Positions 22,731-34,639 of a stretch of 64,000 bases of DNA are shown here, in pieces. The stretch is from Camelus dromedarius (Eukaryota). Within the stretch, counting starts at the first letter, position 1. Every line of letters starts with the position of its first letter. Made by a program: the position numbers and the translations under genes. The stretch lies in NCBI RefSeq assembly GCF_036321535.1, contig NC_087437.1, positions 119,786,001 through 119,850,000 of the forward strand. Direction: 5' to 3'. A model generated the notes under the pieces. The model was not told where the DNA came from. It ran no database searches and saw only the letters and a program-made list of their open reading frames with translations.

Positions 22731-24087
22731 GCCTTCTTCCCTGTCCTAAATTCAGCACCATTTAAGCAGAATGTTAAGCGGTCAGAAAGCCGGAGGCCAG
22801 AGACGCCGCTCCCATCTCTGGCCCGGTAGCCCTGGGTCTGCACAGCCCACGGGAAGTGGGCGGCTCCCGTCCAGGCAGGGTCTGTGCCTCTGCTCGGAGT
22901 CCTGGTGCCCCCATGGCCGTGGCAACCCCTTGAATGGAGCTGGTATTGTGCACACGGGTCTGTCTCCGCATTAGATGGCTATTCTCTGAGTGGTCACTCA
23001 ACCCTGGTCACGGGTTGAGCTCAGCGCCCAGCACGTCCTGACGTTCAAGAAAACACTGCCGGCTGAGTGGGTGCTCAGACGGCGCCCTGGCCCGTCTGCT
23101 GTCGCTCTGCGCAAGGGTGATACACAGAGTCCAAGATGTGGGATTCAGCCGTGTGACCCGCTCACTCCTGGTGGACTTGCAGATGTGACTTCCGTCTGCC
23201 CCCTGTTCCTCCCCCACCCGCTGGACTCCGAAGAGGAGGGAACGCCACCGCACTGGAAACACCAGCTGGCGTGTGCCTGTCTCCCTGGTCGTCATGGGGC
23301 CCGGGAGTCCCAGAGAGATGTGCCTCCTGTCACTTCGTGGTGGCTGGTTTCATCCCTTGCCTCCCAGACGTCACTGACTTTATTCACTCCTTCCTCAAAA
23401 AAAACGTGTGCCTATTTTGTGTCTGACATCACACTGGCTGCTGTGAAGATGACTGAGATGAGTAAGACAACGTCCCAGCCCCTGAGCAGCGTACAGTCCA
23501 TGGCGGTGGCGTGTGATCGGATCAGGGACACCCGCAGGGAGAAGCCCTGGGGCTCGGAGCCCCTCCCTCCGCACAGCTGAGTCACGTCTCCGAGGTCAGG
23601 TCACTGACTCAAGGCCACGTTGAGTGCAGGCCCAGTGCAGCTGAGCCTCAAAGTGTGGGGTCTTGAAAACTGCCTATTCTATTTTGATGGAGTTCTGTCA
23701 CCTGCATTTCCATTTTGGGACCAGCAGTCGGTCGCCGCATCCCTGCCATGCACGCGGATGTGCGCAGACGAGTGAATTCAGGGGCAGCTGGCAAGTGACT
23801 CATTGAAGAGGAACTGATGAGAGCTTGTCCCCTTCGAGAAGCTGCGGGATCAGCCTGGCCAGCGTCCGTCAGCGGTGTGACCTCCTGGTGCACCAGTCAC
23901 GCACCCGCTCACGTGGTCGTCAGCAGCCTGGGGACACCTGATGGTGGGGCGGAGAGGATGGAATTTCCCGTGGAGCCTGGCTCTAGGCCAGAACCCACCT
24001 TCCAAGGGGCCCCCGCTTCTCCCCAGCAACGCCCACCCTGCCCCCCGCACCAGCTCAGACCCAGTCACAGAGCCCTTGGCACCAGAC

Positions 24088-24265
24088 CAGGCGGTTCTGA
24101 CTTGCAGCAGTCAGGAGGCTCTCAGCACCCTGGTGCCGTTTTAAAAACAGAGACGCCCAGGCCCACCCCCGGAGATTCGGATTCCTCCGGTCTAGGGAAG
24201 GGCCAGGCATCGGCGCCTTAATCCCCCGGGCAGATGCCCGTGGGCCTCCAGCGCTGAGAACCCTG
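24088..24265. mobile_element. MER5A-like hAT MITE
   Basis: caggcggttct ... ttaaaaacagagacgcccaggcccacccccggagattcggattc...ggtctagggaagggcc ... tgagaaccctg, with TIR-like ends. Confidence 0.65.
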
Positions 24266-25300
24266 CTTGGCCCGGAGGACTTTTCTGTACTGAGGACTCG
24301 GAGCCCTCACAAAGGGTCTCCTGGCCTCAGCTTCACCCAGCTCTGAAACGCGTCCCTCCAAATATCTTTGCTTGAATTAAAATATCGACTTCTGAAGTTC
24401 TTGAACTAGTTTAGCCTACTTCACGTGAGAAGCTATCATTTCTTTTCCAGATCAGGATAGTAAAATGGCTGTTTTTCGTATCTACCAATTATAAGGTGAA
24501 ATTTCGTGTGGCACAGACGCCCGTGCTGGTCACAAAACTAAGCTGACACTACACCCTCCAGCGGACAAGCTGCCCGCCACAGCCCCGCTGCGCCAGAGGA
24601 GCCCGGTTTGTGGGCTGGGTGCCCGCGGACCCCGCAGAAGCCTGGCCCAGGGACCGGGCCTCCCAGCCCTGTGGGGGTGCAGGACCCGGTCCCGCACACA
24701 CGGCCCGCCGCGCCTCTGGTGGTGGAAGCGCCGGGGACGCGGACCCTCGGGCCTGGGCGTGCGGAGGGGCAGCCGGGGCGCCGTCGGCAAGGCGGCTGGC
24801 GTCCCCAGCACGGCCGTTTCCGGCGCTGAGGCGGCAACACTCCTTTCTATCCCAGGAGAGGGCTCCTCGCATCCTCTGCAGTGGGCCCCCCGCCGGGCAG
24901 GATCTGCAGAGAAGCAGCAGAAATGTACCATCTGGAAGCAGCTGCCACTCATGAGTCTAAGCGGGTTGTCACCAGTGGGGGGGTCAGGGGGTCCCCCCAC
25001 AGGGCCACTCCCTCCTCCAGCCCCGCCCTTGGGGAACGGCCCCCAAACAAACCCCACCAAGGACAGGACGACTGACTGGGAGCTGCGGTCTCTGGGGTCA
25101 TCAGGACAGGAACCCTGGGGCAGTCAAGAGCCCAGGTGACACGGGGTGGGACACAGGACGGAGTCCAGGGCAGGGATCCCAAATCAGCCCCGTCCTACAG
25201 GGAAAAAGAGCCTGAAGGTGAGAAGTGAAGAGCCTCCCTGCTCTGGATTCTGGGGCTGCAGGTCCAGGTGCAGCCGTCCCACTGTCTTCACGAGGTGGGG

Positions 25301-25356
25301 GTCCCTGCTGCGGTGGGAGGGTCTCTGCTGTGGTGGGAGGGTCCCTGCTGCAGGGG
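25301..25356 (+). repeat. 20-bp tandem repeat gtccctgctgcggtgggagg, ~2.8 copies
   Basis: Copies start at 25301, 25321 and 25341. Confidence 0.85.
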
Positions 25357-25744
25357 TCTTTGGTGGAGAAGTCGGGGAGGATTACGGCTGACAGTAAAAT
25401 GGGGTGACTGTGTCCCCTTGCGTAGCCTAAGGGGCGCCTGCGGAACCCAGAATTTACCCCGTGTCCCGGTCCCACACTTACCCTTGTGCATCAAGGAGCC
25501 TGAGGAAGGCAGGTCACTGTGGCCTGAGAGAGTGACTGGATGGGAGACACCTCCTGGATGGCGACAGGGCCTCCCCACCCCCAGTCCAGAAGGAACAGGC
25601 TTTGACCTGCTGGGCTGGAAGCCGTTTGTTGGTTGGTTTGCTAGTTTGTTTCAAACCGCACGTTTCTGTTGAGAAGGGCGGGGAACTCCTCCCGCCTCAG
25701 AGCGCTGCGTGTCTACTGCCTGCACCCCCCGGGGGGCACTTCTC

Positions 25745-26002
25745 TTTTTTAACTGCAGCTTAGTTGAGCCACAGCAACGGGCGACAGCTGGTGCGCAGCA
25801 CAGTGTTTCAGTTACACGTTTATGTATGTGGGTTCTTTCTCATGTTCTTTCTCATTATAGGTCATTACAGGACACTGAATGTAGTTCCCTGTGCTGTATG
25901 GTAGGTCTTTGTTGTTTATCTGTTTTGTACACAGTAGTGTGTATCTGCTAATCCCAAACTCCTAATTTATCCCACCCCCCTTCCCCTTTGGAAACCATGA
26001 GT
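25745..26002 (-). mobile_element. 5'-truncated L1 3' end (cetartiodactyl-type)
   Basis: T-run then ...cattataggtcattacaggacactgaatgtagttccctgtgctgtatggtagg...ctgctaatcccaaactcctaatttatccc, clearly homologous to the copy at 58801-59427. Confidence 0.85.
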
Positions 26003-28199
26003 AACCCAAGCCGTCCAAGGTGCACCCCGGCCGCGTCACTCTCCCTGTCAGGGTCTCCTCACTACCTCGTGAAGGCGAGGTCATCAGGCAGGTGACTTAG
26101 ACTTCCCCACGTCTGGCTCTGCCACCTTTCTGATACTGTCACCCCACCACCTGCAAAACCCAGCAGCCCGGCCACTCTGGGCCCAAATGACAGCTGACTC
26201 ACAGATGGACACAGACTGGGGCGTTGAAAGGGTCCTGAGAGAGGAATAAATCCAGCACCTTTTATGGTGATGCAGGTGTGGCCCAGGGGCGGGGTCACTG
26301 CCCGCCACCATCAGGTCCTGGAGGTGGGACACTCAGCGCACGGGCCCCTCCTTCCTGGAGCCGGCCCTCCTCCCCCTTCAGGTGAGGGATGCTGACAGGG
26401 CCACGCGTGCCGCAGAGCCCCCGTGAGAGGGACAGTGGGGGTGGCTTGGTTTCCATCAGAGCCGCACTGTGCTTTCTAGGGTCCCTGAGTGATTCATCTT
26501 TTGCTCCATGTGTTCAGTTCCTCAGCCACCATTTACTGGGCTGGACTGCTTAGGAGGCAGGGTCCAGCAGGGGTGGCCACTGACCGAGTCCCTGTCCGCT
26601 CAGCACTCGGTGTCTGACGGTAGAGGTGGATGAAACGCCAGGCGAGCAGTGAAGGACGATCTGCCCACGGCGGCCTTTTCAGTCTCCACGAGGTGTGTCC
26701 AAGGTGAGCAACCTTCCCTGCACACGGGACAAGGCTGCTCCCAAGAGGCTGACGGGGCAACTTCCCATCTCATTTCCGAGGTCCCTGCGATGAAATGTGA
26801 GCTTTCAAAGCCGTGGCGGAGAGGCAGCGGCTGCTGAGAGTCTATGAAACAGAATCATCCCAGAAAGGAGATGCGGAAAAAGCGTCCGGGTCCGAGCTCC
26901 GTGAGCATGAGCGGGTCGGAGGAGGAGGTCCGCTGAGGGCCTCGGGTGGGGGGCAGCGAGGAGTCCTCTCTCGGGGCGGAGCGGGGTCGCACTTCCCCTG
27001 CTACCTGCTCCCGGCCGTGAGCGGCTCAGTCCAGCTCTGGCGCGCGCCCCCCTGGCTCGCCTTTGCTTCTCCGGTGCCGGTGCCTGGACGGGAGCAGGGG
27101 GAGGAGCAGCCCCGTGGGTGCTCCTCCCACACTGATGCGCTCCCGCCCTCCTCCTAACCCTCCAATCAGAGGGCTCCACGCGCTCGTCGCCTCCCCCCCC
27201 CCCCCCCCGCACTTGCCTCACCCCCACCCGCAGCTGCACGTGTTTGCTCACTTCCAGCATCTCCCAGCTGAGGTCCAGACCAGGCTCGGGCCTCAGAGGG
27301 TCGGGACCTCCCCGCCTCACCCGCTCCAGACAAAGAAATGGTGGTGGTTTTCAAGGGGAAGGACCTACCCAAAGCCGAGGGGCAGGTTTCCGCACAGCAG
27401 AAAGTGGAAACTGTCTTTAGGTTTCATCACGCTCGTGTGATGGATGTTTTTTTCCTCTGTTACCGTTTTAGACATTGTTCATCTAATTCAATAAACTCTA
27501 GGAGATTTGGGCTGCGACAGCCCTCTCACTATTTGCTTTCCATTTGTCCACCATTTTATACCCTTTTCTCTCCTCTCTTGTCTTAAGATGTTTCAGATAT
27601 TTTCCACGATCAAGTCCTCCCTGCATTTTAGAAACTGTAACCAAATAGGGAAAAATAAAAGCAGGAGGGAAGCCCAGAACTGGCTCGTACGCCACCTCAA
27701 TGTCTGTAAGGGTGGAAGAAGAAAGGTTGTGGAGGAAACACAGGGCTCTGTGATGTGAAAAGCTCAGTGGAAGTAGGTAAGATCTAAATACCTCACGTGA
27801 ATGGAAATTACAGGTGGAGGCAGCGGGGTCACTGCGCACTCTACTTTGCGCATATTTGGAAGTCTTCCTGACGACACCTTGAGCGCCCAGGAGAGGCAGG
27901 TCCACCGAAGACTGGAGGGGAGCCCAGCCGTCTCGGCGGGAAGCGATGGCTCTGTGCGTGGACAGAAAAATTGTGTCATAAGCAGTTTCAATCTTTGGGA
28001 TGTGAAAACAAGGATTTAAAGTAAAGGATTTTTGTCATGAAACCACCCCTTTTATAGAATAAGAGGGGTTCTACACGTGCAAACGTGCTGTCACAAATAA
28101 CTCACGTGGCATCCTGGGCAGTATAGACAGCCACACGCAGCTGCAGGAGGGCGAGACTCCACCGCCCCAGGGAGTCTGGGGCTACACCGTCGTGTCCAC

Positions 28200-28900
28200 A
28201 GTGGCCTTTTAGGGTTCACTTCCTAGGACCCTTCAACATCAGACGTATTTGGAATTAGGTACAGAAATTTTAAGGAAATCAAACTCAGAGCCTAAATACG
28301 TTCAAGTTAAGGGATGTATGAATAGTCGAAGTTTTGCCTATTCATAATTTGGTCCATCACCATAGAAGCCCCGCCTTGTTTTTTCTTTCAGTTAATACAG
28401 GAGTAATTGATTTGGACTTGGGATATTAAATAGAAATTTTACTAAATGTATTTTTGATACTGAAACATTTAAGAGAACTTGAGAATCACCATGCTTACAA
28501 AGCTGATTTCTTAGGTAATTAGATCAATGGTAAACGTTGGTTTGTTACTCATTCACTGAAGCACTTGCTAAGAAAATTAAGTTTGCTACACTACGCAGTT
28601 TAAAATGTTTGAAAGTGTTCAACATTTGCTTCTATTACTCAAGGCCTATTAAAACGGCCTCTGGTTACCAAATTTATAAATACGAGCTGGAAGTTAACTA
28701 TAAGGAAGAACTTATTATCAAAGTCTCAAGTTTGATAAAAAATGAAGATTACTGTTTAAAACCAAAGCCAGTTTCTGAGTTGTGTTCTGTACAGAAGCCA
28801 ACCATGAGTGTGCCGAAACTCTCGCATGTAACACGACAAGGCAGGTACAGACAGGAGCCCACCATCCACGACACTCGTAAGTCACAGGGTGCTCTGCGCA
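28200..28900 (+). mobile_element. Possible hAT (Tip100/Zaphod-like) transposase C-terminal relic
   Basis: AT-rich island. Broken frames give LRITML and SFTEALAKKIKF, resembling the hAT dimerisation-domain tail (LRSTM...EFAxxKARKxxF). Confidence 0.35.
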
Positions 28901-29179
28901 AGGCCTCTACGGAGTTCCCGGGCCGGGCGTGGGGGCGCTTAACCTGGGAGAGGCAGGCTCAGGGTGTGGATCTTCTGTGCGACCATCTCCTGCCTCCTCT
29001 TCAGCTCCCTCTTCAGCAGCCCCTTCCCGGCCTCAGCTCTGCCAGGATCTCCCACCTTGCACACAGCCCTCCCTGCAGCCCTCTGTCCTTCTGTCCATCT
29101 GCCCTAGATTCCAAAGGACACCGCCCCCCGCGCCCTCTCCACACCAGTTTCTTGGGAGGTGTCCCCACCCCAGCCAAGC

Positions 29180-31880
29180 ACAGTGTGTGTGGCACGAACA
29201 CACTAGCTCCAGTCGTCACGATGGTCAAAGTGCAAGGCCGCCCTCATCCTCTGACCGTCACTTCTGACCATGGCCAGTGGTGGGGGCACCGAGCTGAGGC
29301 CTTCCCCGCCGTGGCATCTCGCTGCCTCAGGGGCCTGCTGCAGGTGCCGGGGAAGCACCTGAGGGCCCCGGGACAGCAGGCACCTTGCGGGGCTGCCCAG
29401 GCTGAGACCCGAGGGAGGCGGCAGTCACCCAGGGGAAAGGCAGGAACGGGGCGGTCCAGCCAGGACAGTGACCAGGGGAGCTCAGGGCCTGAGTGTGAGT
29501 GACTGGGCACGGCCCCGGGGAGGTCAGGCCAGAGGGGTGGCCGGAGCATGGGGCGGTGCCTCTCTGATCAAGAGGCCGGTGGCCCACGGAGACAGCAACT
29601 TCAGTCACACCATCCCTGGGCCTCAGTGGGTCTTGATGTGGGCCCCAAATATGGTCACCCTTGTCCATCCACGAGACCCACCAGTGTCTCCCATCTCATC
29701 ACCAGTTTTCCACCTGAGTTCCTTCCACGTATCTAGCAGAAGGGCTGACACTTTTGTGCCTCCCGCTCCATGAATCTCCCTTGGGCATCACATTCGAGTG
29801 GCATGGACGACAGCCAGGTGCGTCTGTGGAGTCCCGCCCACCAAGACCCTGTCATCAATGTCTTCTAGGGTCACACCTTGAGTGCAGCACACTGGCCGTG
29901 ACTCCCTGCTGGCAAAGCAGACTCGCAGGCCCCTCCCTGAAGGAGGCCTAGGCCGAGGATTCTCCATTAAGTGGCCACAGGTGTGGGCAGAGGGAGACGT
30001 GGAGACAGAGAGACTGGCCCGGAGTCTGAGCCACTGCTCACTTGGTTTCCTGGTGCCATTCAGGCTGCTCGGGGCTGGTCTTCCTACAGAAACCTCCCTG
30101 CAGTGGAAACCCTTGTGCATCGCCACGGTCACGGTGGGGCACGTGGTCTCCAGCGATCTCTTCTGGGGGTGCAGCCCTTCCCAGCTGCACAACCTCTTGG
30201 CCGTCGGAGGTGATGCAGTGTGCATCCTGCCGTGACGGGGGAGGCCCCGTGAGTCCAGGAGGGGTGGTGCTGGCAGGAGGACTGAGGGAAGGCAGGCCAA
30301 CCTTCTCATCCCCGTGAGGACATAGTGCTGCCCCTCCGTGAGGGATGGGGCTGATGTCCCCACTGGGGGACACGGGTAACTTGGCAGTGGTCGAGAGCCA
30401 CACTGAACAGTGGGAGAGCCAGACTGCCTTGGTGGATGGAACACCACGTGGAGGAGCCGTGTGGACCCGCCACCCTGCCACGTACGTCCAGACGGCTTGT
30501 GACTCTCCTTCCTGATCAGAACAGAGAAACGTTCTCCAGGCAGAGCCACGTAGCTGCTGCCAGAGGCTGGACTGACTTCCTCCAGTAAGGATGCAGCTCT
30601 GGACCACAGCCACATCACCACTGACTGAGTTCGAGAAAACCCAGTGTCACACTCTGGGGTCCATCTGACACAGGTGAGTCACACGGGCTTGTGTTCTGAG
30701 TCTCCACCCTACGCGTCTCCAGCGTCTGCTGCCTTCCCCTGGGGTGCAGCGCGGGGCTTGGGTCACGCTTGGCAGGGGCATGGTGTAGAGGGTGTTCTGG
30801 GTCTGGGGAAAGAGTCAGGGGTGGGACTCTCTCTGCAGGCGGAGGAGGCTTGGGGAACTTGGAAGCTCAAAACGTTCCACTCACCTGTCCTCCTCCCACG
30901 TCTCGGGTCCCTCTCTTTACCCCGCTGGGCCCTGATCTCAGCACGGGGGTTCCTGCCTCTGCACTGCTCACATCTGGGCCAGATCATTCTTTGCTGGGGG
31001 CTGTCTGGTGCTGCATTCCTGGCCTCTACCCACAGGATGCTGGGAGCACTCCTCCCAGCTGTGACCCCCAAAATAGCCCAGAGTTTACCAACTCTCTACT
31101 GGGGGTGACATCCTGGGCTTCAGAGACCTGGCCACTTCACTCATCAGCCTCCCAGCCAGACCGCATTCCTGGTCTTGGCAATGTTGTCCTGAAGCTGCAG
31201 GGGCCAGGAGGCTCCCCCACGGCAGCCCCTCTGGGCCTTCACTGCATCCAGGGCATTTTAATTTTCCCTTTTTCCCTGCGTAGAAGGAAGCCTGGAGACT
31301 GAACTCTGTTCGGTCACCCCTGGGAAACCACGGTGACCTGGCTTCTCCCCCAGTGATTCACCTCCATCTGCGCTCCAGGTTCCACCGCCTCGGGATGGCG
31401 GGAATCACTGAGATGCTATTATACCTGTGTCCCCACATCCCGTGTCCCTGGCAGGGAGACTATCCTGAGTTTATGATCCCCCCCAACCCCAGCCCCAGCC
31501 CCACTCTGAGGACCTGTTTTCCAGGCCACTTCTTGTACTACCTTATCGGTCAGGATGCTTTATAATAGGGGACGGGGAGCAGGGCAAAGGGAAACCTCCG
31601 AGACAGAAGCCCCGGAGGCCACAGCAGTGGAGCTGTCCCCACCCTGGACCGGGGGGCGGGGGCGCGTGGACGAGGACACTGGAAGGAGACCGCGTGCAGC
31701 AGGCCGCGTTGAGCAGAGCAGTGACCTTCAGTCACGGAGACGACGGGGGGGGGGGGGGCTGCCTCCCCTCCCCTAAGTCCCCAAGCAGAAGCCAGAAGAC
31801 AGGGCCTGGTGGCATGTCCGCGTGCCCAGGACAGGCGAAAAGAGGAATGGAGAGAGGACCACACAGGCAGCCCCACAGCG
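29180..31880 (-). mobile_element. Decayed, internally deleted ERVL provirus (RT/RNaseH/integrase relics, probable LTR33-like LTR at ~31545-31880)
   Basis: Minus-strand peptide SLLEEVSPASGSSYVAL..FSVLIRKESHKPSGRTWQG (~30470-30595) aligns with recalled ERVL RT SLLEQINTSPGTWYAAIDLANAFFSIPVHKAHQKQFAFSWQG. Further collinear pol-like DNA lies at ~30020-30090 and ~29620-29725. Outer limits and LTR identity are less certain. Confidence 0.7.
30944..31125 (-). mobile_element. MER20 hAT MITE
   Basis: gcactgctcacatctgggccagatcattctttgctgggggctgtc...cctggcctctacccacaggatgctgggagcactcctcccagctgtgacccccaaaa matches the antisense MER20 consensus. Confidence 0.8.
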
Positions 31881-31984
31881 CAACAGTGCAGCCCTGCCAG
31901 CCTGGGGGACGCCCGCACAGCCACCAGGCTGTTCCCACTACAGCTGTCCCTGTGCTGGAAGGCCCGGCCCCACCTGCTCAGGGA

Positions 31985-32160
31985 CAGCCCGTCTTCATTA
32001 AGCCCCAAGTCAGTGCCGCCTCCTCAGAGGCCTTCCCGACTCTTACAACCACAGTGTCCCCACTCCCTAGAGGGAAGCCTCATGCAGGCAGGATCCCTGT
32101 GTTCTGAACACCCAGAACGGTGCCTATCACAAAACAAGTGCCCAGTGACTGTGTGTCCAC
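31985..32160 (+). mobile_element. L2 3'-end fragment
   Basis: gccgcctcctcagaggccttcccgac...gaagcctcatgcaggcagga...cccagaacggtgcctatcacaaaacaagtgcccagt. Confidence 0.5.
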
Positions 32161-33411
32161 CTGCCCACTGGACTTGTGATGGAATGTGCTGACTTTTGCC
32201 CAACCAAAACCAAACATCTTTATGTATTAATTCATCCATCCATACGTCTAAGCACCCCCGCACCCATCCCGTCACCCGCCCCCCGTACGTACGTACATCC
32301 ATGCGAGCTCCCCTGCCCCTATCCATCCAACATCCAAGCATCCATCCAGAGCTCCATTTGAGGTACATTCTCCTGCTCCTTTCAGGACCAGCATCTCTCC
32401 ACCCTGTGCCCGAGGCTTAGGACAGTGACCTCATCTTCAACTCCTCCCTGGCTTCCTTTCTGGGGGATGGCATGTTGGAGCGCACGCAGGGGCCCTGAGA
32501 TGTAAGGACCATGGACGGAGAGGCCTTTGCCTCTTATGAGTCACCACGGCTCACCCCCTCACCGCTGCAGAGTAGCTCTGCTCTGACAGAGGGCCCAGAG
32601 GGTGTGGACGTTTTCACACCCACGCGAGGCAGGCAGGCAGGGACGTGGTCACGGATTGTCGCCGTTTTTCATATTTGCCCCCCACTTTCAGCAAAGCACG
32701 AGCACGGAGGCCTCCGGAGCAGCTGCTCTGGGTTCCACCTTGTTTACTCTAAGGCGGCGCTTCTCCTTGCTCTAGGAGGCGGCCAAACGATGTAACAGTG
32801 ATTCATTAGCGTTGTGCTGCAGGACCGCTCATCAGCCACAGGAGACGTTCCCAGGCAGTCAGATAACTAGGTATTTATTCCACGGAGTGATGAATCCTCC
32901 GTCTGACTAAGTCTCCCACCGACGCCGATGGTGATCCCCACCCGCCCCAGCGCACCGCGTGTCGCCGGCAGCAGCGCCCTGCAGACACCACGGCTCCGCG
33001 GGGGAGTGTTTCCACAGAGGCTCCAGTTTTGTGCCATTTCCCACACCGTTTTCTTTTCTTTTTTAGAGCTAGAAAGTGGGTGGCAGGCCAACGTGTAAAA
33101 CCAACCTGATCACCAGGGGGTGATGGCACGTGGGAGCGTCATAGGCTGGTACTTTTATCACACACAGCGACACGGAACCCATGCTCCTGAGAACAGCATC
33201 CCTTAAAAGAATCAGTCTGGAAAATGACTATTTCTAGACTGTTGGAGGCTGGGGTGTTCTCGTAGGCTGCTGTGACGAGGTTTGCATGGAGTTGGCGTTG
33301 GAGGCTGCCTGTGTCTTGTGCGTGGGATCCAGCTAATCAGCAGGTCCCTGAGAGGGATTGTGTGGGGTCCCTCGGTGCACAACGGCGCTGTGAATAGGAT
33401 TGTACAGAGTG

Positions 33412-33468
33412 CGTGCACGCACACATGCACACACACACACAGACACACGCACACACACACGCACACAC
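33412..33468 (+). repeat. Imperfect (CA)n microsatellite
   Basis: Directly visible. Confidence 0.9.
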
Positions 33469-34639
33469 TTGAGGGAAGCCATCTCTGATGACTCACACCT
33501 GTTTCCCAGAACGATCAAGCCCTGAGCTCTGTGACCTCACTTGCAAGCTCTGCCAAGACACAACGTCTCCCCCACGGGGAAAGGACCAGGGGCCGCGGGG
33601 TGGCGCCGTCTCGGCTGCGTTCAGACAGGTGTTGGGGGCAGAGTCTTCTGCACTCTCCCAGCAATCTACGAACATGTCAACAGAACACCGACCCACAGGG
33701 CCAGGTATTCAGGAACACCCCACACCCCTGACAGGGTCAGGCTACTTTTGAGCAAAATACTTGGGCCAACTCTGCTGCCCCGCGAAGCACAGACAGAAGG
33801 GCTCCTGGCCGCAGCGTGGACAACCACAGCCGGCAGGTAGCCTGCCCCAGACTCAGATGCCCTCTGGGGAGGACAAAGTGACAGAAAGGGCTTCAGTGCC
33901 ACCCGGGGAGACCTGTTCCAGAAGCAGGCCCCGCTCTGAGCACTTATAAAGGCATCGGTCTCACTGGGGGGCCCTGGAAGCCCTGCCCAGCTACCTGGTC
34001 TGGCTTGCCAGGTCACTTTGGTTGAAGGACAAGACCGGGGCCACCTTTCAACATTTTGCTTTGAAGTCACTGTTTCAACCTCAGGCTTCTCATCGAGAGG
34101 GTCAGTGCTTAATTCAAAACTAACCCCTGCTCTTCCTCCTCCAGCACGAGGAAAGTCTGTTCCTCATATGCCCTCCCTGGGGTTAAGATCTTCCTGGGCC
34201 GGTCTGGTCCCTCTCCTGTGTCTATGTTCATTCCCGCGCAGCCTCCGGCGGTTTGTCCAGCCGTACGTGCTTCTTGCCTCCCGCGCACAACATGCTCATC
34301 AAAATATCCCTCTTGTCATCTGGGTCTTTCTGCAGCCACTGCGTTCTGCCCTCGGGGAGGAGGAAATGAGCAGCGGTCCAGGCCCCCTATGGAAGCAGCT
34401 CGATGGTCTGTGGATTCCGCAGCAGCAGATTAACTCCTCAAACGCCGTGGGGCCTCAGCCTCCAGGTCAGGGAGCCTGGATGGCTCTGCGGCCAGGGTCC
34501 TGGAGCTCAGAGCGGGCAGCTCCCAGAGTACACCGGTTACCCCAGCCAGACACCCTTCTGGCCCTTCCTCACCTCTGCGTCTGGATGGCCAGGCCCTGAG
34601 AGCCTGCCCACCCCGGCTGGGCCTCTCAGCCTCGTGCAC

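Noticed and set aside
22751..22770. TTCAGCACC as a REST/RE1 site (also at ~60966)
   Set aside because: Left half-site only, with no correctly spaced GGACAG right half.
22118..22843. Cys/Val-rich and His/Thr-rich ORFs (also at 9790-10030 and 47835-48126)
   Set aside because: These are translations of (TG)n/(CA)n repeats.
28537..29502. Longest ORF in the track (321 aa, + strand)
   Set aside because: Starts at a non-ATG codon, crosses an AT-rich putative DNA-transposon relic into antisense ERVL-like DNA, and has no coherent domain or exon signals.
29788..30621. 277-aa ORF as a domesticated retroviral gene
   Set aside because: Only the first ~60 residues resemble RT. There is no YxDD motif, and the remaining pol similarity falls in other frames with deletions.
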